From Lachnospiraceae bacterium (lineage in GTDB: Bacteria; Bacillota; Clostridia; Lachnospirales; Lachnospiraceae): a DNA stretch of 64,000 bases. The notes under the pieces were generated by a model, which was not told where the DNA came from, did not search any database, and was given only the letters and a program-made list of their open reading frames with translations. Position numbers and translations under genes: made by a program. Positions 57,028 to 64,000 of this stretch are shown here, piece by piece (position 1 is the first letter of the stretch; each line of letters begins with the position of its first letter). Where the stretch lies: the NCBI GenBank assembly GCA_900770785.1, contig CAAGLJ010000076.1, positions 16,764 through 80,763 on the forward strand, in the 5' to 3' direction.

Positions 57028-57897
57028 GTGGATAGCTTTAAAATCGTTACTGATTCAACAACTGATTTACCTGAGGAGTACATTAAAGAAAATAATCTTC
57101 CCATTGTATATCTTTCCTATATTATTGATGGTGAGACTTATACCGGTGATAAACAGTTGGATGTAAAAGAGTTTTATCAGAAAATGCGGCAGGGAATAAT
57201 GCCTACTACATCACAGGCCAATCCCGAGAATGTGCGGAAGGTACTGGAGGAAGTGCTTAAAGAGAATAAAAGTATACTCTGTCTGGCCTTTTCCTCCGGA
57301 TTGAGTGGTACCTGCAATAGCTTTCGTATTGCAGCAGAAGAATTAATGGAAGAGAATAAAGACTATAAGATTATCGTCGTTGACACGCTGGCTGCATCTT
57401 TAGGGGAGGGACTGCTGGTGCATAAGGCACTACAGCTACAGAAAGAAGGGAAGTCACTGGAGGAGACAGCTCAGTGGATAGAAGCACACAAGCTCCACCT
57501 TGTGCACACCTTTACGGTAGATGATTTATTTCATCTCCATCGGGGTGGCAGAGTAAGCAAGGCAACAGCCATAGTGGGAAGTATGATTAATATTAAGCCC
57601 ATACTTCATGTGGATAATGAAGGCCATCTCACAGCGGTTTCCAAAGTGCGGGGAAGGAAGAAGGCTCTGAACAGTCTGGTTGATTATATGGAGGAAAAGA
57701 TGGGCAGTTTCAGGGAAAAAAATGACATTATCTTTATCAGCCACGGAGATTGCCCTGACGATGCAAATCTGGTGAAAACTGAGATTGAAAAGCGGTTCGG
57801 AATCAAGAGCTTTTTACTGAATGAGGTTGGACCTACCATCGGAGCACATTCCGGCCCTGGTACGGTTGCACTATTCTTTTTGGGCGAAAGTCGATAA
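57028..57897 (+). CDS. DegV-family fatty-acid-binding protein (EDD fold)
   Basis: IVTDSTTDLP N-terminus and the DegV fold throughout. GTG 57028 with a GGAGG RBS is preferred over the ORF-track TTG 57016. Confidence 0.85.
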   Translation: MDSFKIVTDSTTDLPEEYIKENNLPIVYLSYIIDGETYTGDKQLDVKEFYQKMRQGIMPTTSQANPENVRKVLEEVLKENKSILCLAFSSGLSGTCNSFRIAAEELMEENKDYKIIVVDTLAASLGEGLLVHKALQLQKEGKSLEETAQWIEAHKLHLVHTFTVDDLFHLHRGGRVSKATAIVGSMINIKPILHVDNEGHLTAVSKVRGRKKALNSLVDYMEEKMGSFREKNDIIFISHGDCPDDANLVKTEIEKRFGIKSFLLNEVGPTIGAHSGPGTVALFFLGESR

Positions 57898-58119
57898 TAA
57901 AGGCTGCTGTAAATTCTGACTGGAGTTTTGTAAAAACTTCAAAAGCAGAGTTTGCAGCAGTTTTTTACATTGAAGATATTGAAGTGGGTGGACTTGTTTA
58001 ACGGTAAAAAATACCTGCAGGCAGGAACAGGGAAGATTTTGTCACATATCATAGAGGTAAGAAGAAAAAGGAGAGAAAAGACATAGTAAATTTTTATTAT
58101 ATGTCAGCAATCAACCAAT

Positions 58120-58320
58120 ATGGAAATGAATATGACAAGAAGCCAGAATATACCTGGCTTTTCCACCAGCTTTCATCCTGATGAGTTCCCTCTGGGAATG
58201 GCATATGTACCACTTCAGGAATCCATCAATATGTATGAAAATCTGGAAAAAGCATACCGGATAGGTACAGTTTTTCCCAGTCTGGATAAACCATTTACCG
58301 GAAGGAGATGTGTGCGATGA
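58120..58320 (+). CDS. cotJA: spore coat protein CotJA
   Basis: Small Pro/Tyr-rich protein (MAYVPLQESINMYEN...GTVFPSL) resembling CotJA. It lies immediately upstream of cotJB-cotJC. Confidence 0.6.
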   Translation: MEMNMTRSQNIPGFSTSFHPDEFPLGMAYVPLQESINMYENLEKAYRIGTVFPSLDKPFTGRRCVR

Positions 58321-58577
58321 AATGTGAAAAGGACAGATTACTTGAAGAAATCGGTATATTGGATTTTGTGGTAGTTGAGCTGGTTCTTTTTCTGGATACC
58401 CATCCCTGCCATCAGGAAGCCATGCATTACTTCGATTATTATAATCAGTTGAAAAAAGAAAAAGAAAGAGAGTACAGTGCCCTGTACGGGCCTCTTACCT
58501 TGGATCATGCCAGAGGGGGAACCAAGGAATTTTTATGGACGGTTCAGCCCTGGCCCTGGGAAGGAGGAGAAGAATAA
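58308..58577 (+). CDS. cotJB: spore coat protein CotJB
   Basis: LLEEIGILDFVVVELVLFLDTHP...YGPL...PWPWE closely matches B. subtilis CotJB. Confidence 0.75.
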   Translation: MCAMKCEKDRLLEEIGILDFVVVELVLFLDTHPCHQEAMHYFDYYNQLKKEKEREYSALYGPLTLDHARGGTKEFLWTVQPWPWEGGEE

Positions 58578-59183
58578 ATGTGGGATTATGAAAAGCGATT
58601 ACAGTATCCGGTAAACATCAGTAAACCAAATGCAAAGCTGGCACAATATATTATTTCTCAATACGGCGGACCGGATGGCGAATTGGGGGCATCTATACGA
58701 TACCTGTCCCAGCGTTATGCCACTCCATATCGGGAGGTGGCTGGTTTATTGACAGATATTGGAACGGAAGAATTAGGGCATTTCGAGATGGTGGGAACGA
58801 TCGTACACCAGTTGACCCGGAATTTGAGTATGGAAGAGATTGAGGATTCAGGTTTTGGGCCGTACTATATTGACCATACTCTGGGTATCTGGCCGCAGGC
58901 TGCAGGTGGAGTACCCTTTAATGCCAATCAGTTTCAATCCAAAGGGGATGTGATTACGGATTTAACGGAAGATTTGGCTGCGGAGCAGAAAGCCCGTTCC
59001 ACCTATGACAACATCCTGCGTGTGGTAAAAGACCCTGAAGTAGCAGATCCTATCCGCTTTTTAAGACAGAGGGAAATTATCCATTTCCAGCGTTTTGGTG
59101 AGGCCTTAAGGCGGGTACAGGAGGATTTGGATCCAAAGAACTTTTACCAGTATAATCCCGATTTTGACCGCTGTAAAAAATAG
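58578..59183 (+). CDS. cotJC: spore coat protein CotJC (manganese-catalase-like ferritin fold)
   Basis: MWDYEKRLQYPVNISKPNAKLAQYIISQYGGPDGELGASIRYLSQRY is a near-canonical CotJC N-terminus. Confidence 0.85.
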   Translation: MWDYEKRLQYPVNISKPNAKLAQYIISQYGGPDGELGASIRYLSQRYATPYREVAGLLTDIGTEELGHFEMVGTIVHQLTRNLSMEEIEDSGFGPYYIDHTLGIWPQAAGGVPFNANQFQSKGDVITDLTEDLAAEQKARSTYDNILRVVKDPEVADPIRFLRQREIIHFQRFGEALRRVQEDLDPKNFYQYNPDFDRCKK

Positions 59184-59349
59184 AAATTTATATGAAAAGA
59201 GTAAGCTCCCCCGGTCATTTGGCCGGGGGATGGTCGATTAGAACCAGATTGCTGTTAAAAAAATAACATAATAATCATATACCTCTTGATTTCCTTCCAG
59301 GTTTGTGTAAAAATGAAAATATTGTAAAAAAGTATTATGGAGGGAATTT

Positions 59350-60831
59350 ATGCGAGGAATAGACACACAGGTTAGAGTGACCAGAAGACGCATTTTTAAA
59401 GAGGTGGCAAACCTGGCTTACCATTCAGAGAACCTGAAGGATGATATTGAAGCCTTACCCTATAAAATCGTAAACTATGATGAGCCTACTCATCGGGAAA
59501 GTATCTATCGGGAAAGAGCCATAATTCGAGAGAGAATCCGATTGGCTATGGGGCTTTCCCTGAGACCGGAGAATGTTCCGGTGCATCTGACCCAGGGGCT
59601 GGAGGAGAGCAATATCTCTGAAAAATATTATGAACCCCCTTTAATGCAGGTTATCCCGTCTGCCTGCAATGCCTGTCCGGTTAATCGGTATGAGGTAACC
59701 AATAAATGTATGGGCTGCGTTGCACATCCCTGTTACGAGGTCTGCCCCAAGGATGCCATTTCCATGATTAGCGGCAAGTCCTTTATTGACCAGGAAAAAT
59801 GTATTAAATGCGGTAAATGCAAGGCTGTTTGTCCTTATGACGCCATTACCCATCAGGTACGTCCCTGTGCTGCTGTATGTGGAGTGAATGCGATAAAAAG
59901 TGATAAAGTGGACAGAGCGGTGATTGATGAAAACCTTTGTGTTTCCTGTGGTCAATGTATGGTCAGCTGCCCCTTTGGTGCCATCGCTGATAAATCACAG
60001 ATTTTCCAGCTGATTCGTGCCCTTCAGTCAGGACGTGAGATTATTGCCCAGGTGGCACCGGCCTTTGTAGGCCAGTTTGGGCCGGATGTTACTCCGAATA
60101 TGCTCAAAACCGCCTTAAAGGAACTGGGCTTTGCGGAAGTATACGAAACGGCTATTGGTGCAGACATGGGCTGTATGGCAGAAGCAGAGCATTATGTACA
60201 TGAGGTTGCCACAGGAAAACTGCCTTTTCTGCTGACCTCCTGCTGTCCCTCCTGGTCGGCTATGGCCAAGAAGTTTTTTCCGGAGACTATAGACAATATT
60301 TCCAACGCCCTCACGCCCATGGTAGCTACGGCAAGAACGATTAAAGAAAAACACCCGGATGCTTCTGTTGTATTCATTGGGCCCTGTGCTTCCAAGAAGC
60401 TGGAGGCATCACGAAGAACGGTGCGTTCCGATGTGGACTTTGTAATTACCTTTGAAGAGCTTGTAGGCATGTTTGAAGCTAAGGAGATTATTCTTAATCA
60501 GATTCAGGCAGAAGATGAGATGAAGGATGCCACAGGAGCAGGACGCGGCTATGGTGTGGCCGGCGGAGTTGCCAGTGCTATTGAAAAGTGTATTCGGGAA
60601 TATTACCCGGAGACAGAGGTTCGTATTGAACACGCTGAAAGTCTGGCAGAATGTAAGAAAATTCTGATGATGGCAAAGGCAGGCAAGAAGAATGGCTGTC
60701 TGATTGAAGGTATGGCCTGTCCCGGCGGCTGTGTTGCGGGTGCAGGAACCAATATTGCTATTACGCAGGCAAATAAGGAAGTAAGCGGCTTTGTAAAAGC
60801 AGCCAAACAGCCTATTCCTGATAAACAATAG
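59350..60831 (+). CDS. [FeFe]-hydrogenase-family protein (H-cluster domain preceded by ferredoxin-like 4Fe-4S domains) with non-canonical L2/L3 motifs
   Basis: Several CxxCxxCxxxCP ferredoxin motifs. L1-like TSCCPSW. L2 position reads GPCASKK instead of MPCxxK. L3 reads EGMACPGGCVAGAGT instead of ExMACxxGCxxGGGQP. Confidence 0.7.
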   Translation: MRGIDTQVRVTRRRIFKEVANLAYHSENLKDDIEALPYKIVNYDEPTHRESIYRERAIIRERIRLAMGLSLRPENVPVHLTQGLEESNISEKYYEPPLMQVIPSACNACPVNRYEVTNKCMGCVAHPCYEVCPKDAISMISGKSFIDQEKCIKCGKCKAVCPYDAITHQVRPCAAVCGVNAIKSDKVDRAVIDENLCVSCGQCMVSCPFGAIADKSQIFQLIRALQSGREIIAQVAPAFVGQFGPDVTPNMLKTALKELGFAEVYETAIGADMGCMAEAEHYVHEVATGKLPFLLTSCCPSWSAMAKKFFPETIDNISNALTPMVATARTIKEKHPDASVVFIGPCASKKLEASRRTVRSDVDFVITFEELVGMFEAKEIILNQIQAEDEMKDATGAGRGYGVAGGVASAIEKCIREYYPETEVRIEHAESLAECKKILMMAKAGKKNGCLIEGMACPGGCVAGAGTNIAITQANKEVSGFVKAAKQPIPDKQ

Positions 60832-60855
60832 AGAAAGAAAGTAGGAAACATATAT

Positions 60856-62319
60856 ATGAGTAAAATCAGAACAAGGTTTGCCCCCAGCCCCACTGGAAGA
60901 ATGCACGTGGGAAATTTAAGAACGGCTCTTTATGCCTATTTGATTGCCAAGCATGAAGGGGGAGATTTTCTTCTCCGTATAGAAGATACGGATCAGGAAA
61001 GATATGTGGAAGGTGCCATTGATATTATTTATCGTACCCTGGAAAAAACAGGGCTGATTCATGATGAAGGCCCGGATAAGGACAAGGGTGTGGGACCCTA
61101 TGTGCAAAGTGAACGTCAGGCTAAGGGTATTTATCTGGAATATGCCAAAAAGCTGATTGAGAAAGGAGAGGCATATTATTGCTTCTGTGATAAAGAACGC
61201 CTAGAAACCTTAAGCCAAACCGTAGCAGGAAAGGAAATTAACGTTTACGACAAGCATTGTCTTAGTCTTTCCAAAGAAGAAGTAGAAGCCAGGCTGGCAG
61301 CCAAAATCCCCTATGTCATTCGTCAGAACAATCCGACTGTGGGAACCACTACCTTCCAGGATGAAATTTATGGGGATATTACGGTAGATAATGCAGAGCT
61401 GGACGATATGATTCTGATTAAATCTGACGGCTATCCCACCTATAACTTTGCCAATGTGGTGGACGACCATTTGATGGGGATAACCCATGTGGTCAGAGGA
61501 AATGAATACCTTTCCTCCTCACCCAAATATAACCGTTTGTACGAGGCCTTTGGATGGGAAGTTCCTACCTATGTACACTGCCCTTTAATTACCGACGAGG
61601 AACATCATAAGCTTTCCAAGCGTTCCGGTCATTCCTCCTATGAGGATTTGATTGAACAGGGCTTTATTACTGAGGCAGTAGTCAACTTTGTGGCTCTCTT
61701 AGGCTGGAGTCCTTCCGACAATCAGGAAATTTTCAGTCTGGAAGAATTAATAAAGGTTTTTGATTATCATCATATGTCAAAATCACCGGCAGTTTTTGAC
61801 TACACCAAGTTAAAATGGATGAATGGTGAGTACATTAAGGCAATGGACTTTGAAGCCTTTTATGAAAGAGCTCTGCCCTATTTGAGACAGGCGGTTTCCA
61901 AAGATCTGGATTTACACAAAATAGCAGAGATGGTAAAGACTCGTATAGAAGTCTTTCCAGACATCGTAGGGATGGTAGATTTCTTTGAAGCCTTACCGGA
62001 ATACGATACAGCTATGTATACTCATAAAAAGATGAAGACCAATGAGGCAACCTCTCTGGAGGTATTGCGAGAAGTTCTGCTCATTCTGGAAGAGCAGCAG
62101 GATTACAGCAATGATGCCCTCTATCAGACATTGGTTGAATATGTAGCAAAAAAGGAATGGAAAAACGGATATGTAATGTGGCCTATCAGGACGGCAGTAA
62201 GCGGCAGACAGACAACTCCTGCGGGGGCTACGGAAATTATGGAAATTTTGGGAAAAGAGGAATCCTTAAACAGAATCCGAAAGGGTATTGCAAAACTTGA
62301 GCAGGCAGTCACCCAGTAG
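60856..62319 (+). CDS. gltX: glutamate--tRNA ligase
   Basis: [20 protein letters not shown] (class I HIGH region) and KLSKR (KMSKS). Confidence 0.95.
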   Translation: MSKIRTRFAPSPTGRMHVGNLRTALYAYLIAKHEGGDFLLRIEDTDQERYVEGAIDIIYRTLEKTGLIHDEGPDKDKGVGPYVQSERQAKGIYLEYAKKLIEKGEAYYCFCDKERLETLSQTVAGKEINVYDKHCLSLSKEEVEARLAAKIPYVIRQNNPTVGTTTFQDEIYGDITVDNAELDDMILIKSDGYPTYNFANVVDDHLMGITHVVRGNEYLSSSPKYNRLYEAFGWEVPTYVHCPLITDEEHHKLSKRSGHSSYEDLIEQGFITEAVVNFVALLGWSPSDNQEIFSLEELIKVFDYHHMSKSPAVFDYTKLKWMNGEYIKAMDFEAFYERALPYLRQAVSKDLDLHKIAEMVKTRIEVFPDIVGMVDFFEALPEYDTAMYTHKKMKTNEATSLEVLREVLLILEEQQDYSNDALYQTLVEYVAKKEWKNGYVMWPIRTAVSGRQTTPAGATEIMEILGKEESLNRIRKGIAKLEQAVTQ

Positions 62320-62356
62320 ATCCCAATGGGAAGCAATAACTCATGGAGAGGGGCCC

Positions 62357-64000
62357 ATGCTGGTTCTGGCAGGGCCCGGCTCCGGAAAGACCTTTGTGAT
62401 GATACAAAGGGTACAGTATTTAATTTCCCATTTCCATGTCGAACCATCTGCCATTCTGGTCATATCCTTTTCCCGTGCCTCAGCTGCAGAGCTTAAAGAA
62501 CGCTTTCAAAAACAGAGGGAGGTTCCATCAGAGGGGGTTAATTTTGCTACCTTCCATGCCTGTTTCTTTCATATACTGAAAACTACCCTTCACTATTCTG
62601 TTAAAGATATTATTACCCACGAGGAACAACGAAATATCATGAAAATTCTTCTGTCTGATCCTTTATATGAGGAAAGAGACTCAAGAGAAAAAGAGGAGGA
62701 GTATATCCGGCGATTTTCCTATTATAAAAATAAGGGCTTAAAGGTCATGGAGGAAAAAGAAAGTTTACACTTTTGTCGGCTTTTCCATGCCTATCAGAAG
62801 GAAATGCACAGTCGCCATAAACTGGATTTTGACGATATGGGTCTGCTTTGCCTGCAATTATTCCGAAATAATCCGGGGGTTCTTGCCGACTGGCAGAGCA
62901 AATATACCCACATTTTGATTGATGAATTTCAGGACATTAATCCCGTGCAGTTTCAGGTTATCCGTCTTCTTACGGAAAAAAGAAAAAACCTTTTTGTAGT
63001 AGGAGATGATGATCAGGCAATTTACAGCTTTCGGGGAGCAAGTCCCCAGATTATGCTGAATTTCGAGAAGCTCTATCCAGATACAAAAAAAGTCTTACTG
63101 GAAACGAATTTTCGCTGTAGTGGAAATATTGTGCAAAAATCGCTGGAAGTGATTGAGAAGAACAGGTTTCGCTTCCATAAAAGGATTGCTGCTTATCATT
63201 CCGATAAGGAGCCGGTTATGTTGAAGAAATTTGAAAATACCAGCGAAGAGTATAGTTATATCAGAAAACGGATTAATCAGCTTATCCAGCAGGGGGCAGG
63301 ACCTTCGGATATTACCTGTATCTTTCGAACGAATCAGAACATGCTGGGGCTGGCAGATTATTTTATTCGCCATCGGATTCCCTTTTCAATGAAGGAGCAG
63401 ACAGGCAGTATTTTTCAGCATTTTATTGCCCGTGATATTTTAAGCTATCTTCAGTTTTTTCTGGAAGGAAAAAAACGAAAGGATTTTTTCAGCATTATGA
63501 ATAAGCCCCTGCGCTATCTGTCCCGGAATGCCTGTTCTTCCCCTGTAATTTCCTGGGAAGAGCTGGAAAACTATTATCAGGCGAAACCCTATATGCAGGA
63601 AATAATCGGGGAGATAAAAAAGCATGAAAAATGGGTATTAAGGCTGGATTTGTACGGAGCTATTAACTATATCCGTAAAGTTATAGGCTACGAACAATAT
63701 ATAAAAGATGAGGGATTAAAACAGGGAATGGAATGGGAAGAGGCGGTGGAAATCCTGAATTTTCTTCAGAACAGCACCAGGGGAACAGCTTCACTTGAAC
63801 AATGGCGAAGGGATATAGAAGAGTATGAGGAAGCCTTAAAACAGGCGAAGGAGGAAAGCAGGGAGGGAATCCAACTGATTACCATGCACGCCTGCAAGGG
63901 GCTGGAGTACCTTTACGTCTTTTTACCGGATTGTAATGAAGGAAAAATACCTCATAAAAAGGCTCATAGTGAAGAAGAGCTGGAAGAGGAACGACGAATG
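62357..64000 (+). CDS. UvrD/Rep-family (SF1) DNA helicase, N-terminal about 548 aa. The gene continues past the window end. It is absent from the ORF track because no stop codon occurs in-window.
   Basis: Manual translation from ATG 62357 gives motif I LAGPGSGKTF, motif II ILIDEFQDINPVQ, motif III VVGDDDQAIYSFRGA, motif IV NFRCSG, motif V ITMHACKGLEY. GGAGAGGGG RBS just upstream. Confidence 0.8.
   Translation, partial: MLVLAGPGSGKTFVMIQRVQYLISHFHVEPSAILVISFSRASAAELKERFQKQREVPSEGVNFATFHACFFHILKTTLHYSVKDIITHEEQRNIMKILLSDPLYEERDSREKEEEYIRRFSYYKNKGLKVMEEKESLHFCRLFHAYQKEMHSRHKLDFDDMGLLCLQLFRNNPGVLADWQSKYTHILIDEFQDINPVQFQVIRLLTEKRKNLFVVGDDDQAIYSFRGASPQIMLNFEKLYPDTKKVLLETNFRCSGNIVQKSLEVIEKNRFRFHKRIAAYHSDKEPVMLKKFENTSEEYSYIRKRINQLIQQGAGPSDITCIFRTNQNMLGLADYFIRHRIPFSMKEQTGSIFQHFIARDILSYLQFFLEGKKRKDFFSIMNKPLRYLSRNACSSPVISWEELENYYQAKPYMQEIIGEIKKHEKWVLRLDLYGAINYIRKVIGYEQYIKDEGLKQGMEWEEAVEILNFLQNSTRGTASLEQWRRDIEEYEEALKQAKEESREGIQLITMHACKGLEYLYVFLPDCNEGKIPHKKAHSEEELEEERRM

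Noticed and set aside
60832-60855. T-box leader for gltX (and similarly for tyrS)
   Set aside because: The intergenic spacers (24 nt and 62 nt) are far too short to hold a T-box riboswitch, which needs about 200-300 nt.
62344-62400. Alternative ATG at 62344 (MERGPCW...) as start of the gene after gltX
   Set aside because: It is out of frame with the helicase motifs and terminates after a few codons. ATG 62357 is the in-frame start.
1-64000. CRISPR arrays, tRNA/rRNA genes, IS elements or integrases
   Set aside because: No regularly spaced direct repeats, no tRNA-like cloverleaf candidates in intergenic regions, and no transposase/integrase-like ORFs were seen. All intergenic regions are short and contain only promoters and terminators.

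Overview
The window reads as a largely syntenic chromosomal stretch from a low-GC, spore-forming anaerobic Firmicute, probably Clostridia or Lachnospiraceae-like. Evidence for sporulation: spoIVA and cotJABC are present. Evidence for an anaerobic lifestyle: nrdDG and an [FeFe]-hydrogenase-like gene are present. Almost all genes are on the + strand. The conserved backbone runs ackA(3' end)-DUF177-rpmF-plsX-acpP-rnc-smc-ftsY, then ylxM-ffh-rpsP-KH-rimM-trmD-rplS-lepB-rbgA-lepB-rnhB-ylqG/ylqH-like-yraN-pgeF. That arrangement matches the Bacillus ylq/ylx region. Downstream come an OmpR-type two-component system, a long-form PRPP-synthetase-like gene on the minus strand, DUF512-der-plsY-gpsA, a CoxD/CoxE-like AAA+/VWA pair and tyrS. 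A small accessory islet follows (orphan SUKH/SMI1-KNR4 immunity-like gene, VOC, MBL hydrolase, PadR). Next is a 1320-aa repeat-rich surface protein, then a DUF3048 lipoprotein, spoIVA, an xpaC-like/telA pair, a purine salvage cluster (punA, mtaD-like, NCS2 permease), a membrane MutS-domain ATPase translationally coupled to RNase HI, nrdD-nrdG-dut, degV, cotJABC, a divergent [FeFe]-hydrogenase-like gene, gltX and the 5' part of a UvrD-like helicase. The ORF track misses that helicase because it has no stop inside the window. I found no CRISPR array, tRNA, rRNA or obvious transposon. The items I consider most worth a second look are the MutS-domain ATPase + RNase HI couple, the CoxD/CoxE-like pair, the orphan SUKH immunity islet with a PadR operator palindrome, a 110-bp inverted-repeat-bounded element between dut and degV, three tandem 18-bp repeats at the gpsA stop, and the non-canonical H-cluster motifs of the hydrogenase-like protein. 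All functional calls rest on motif and family recognition by eye, not on database searches.
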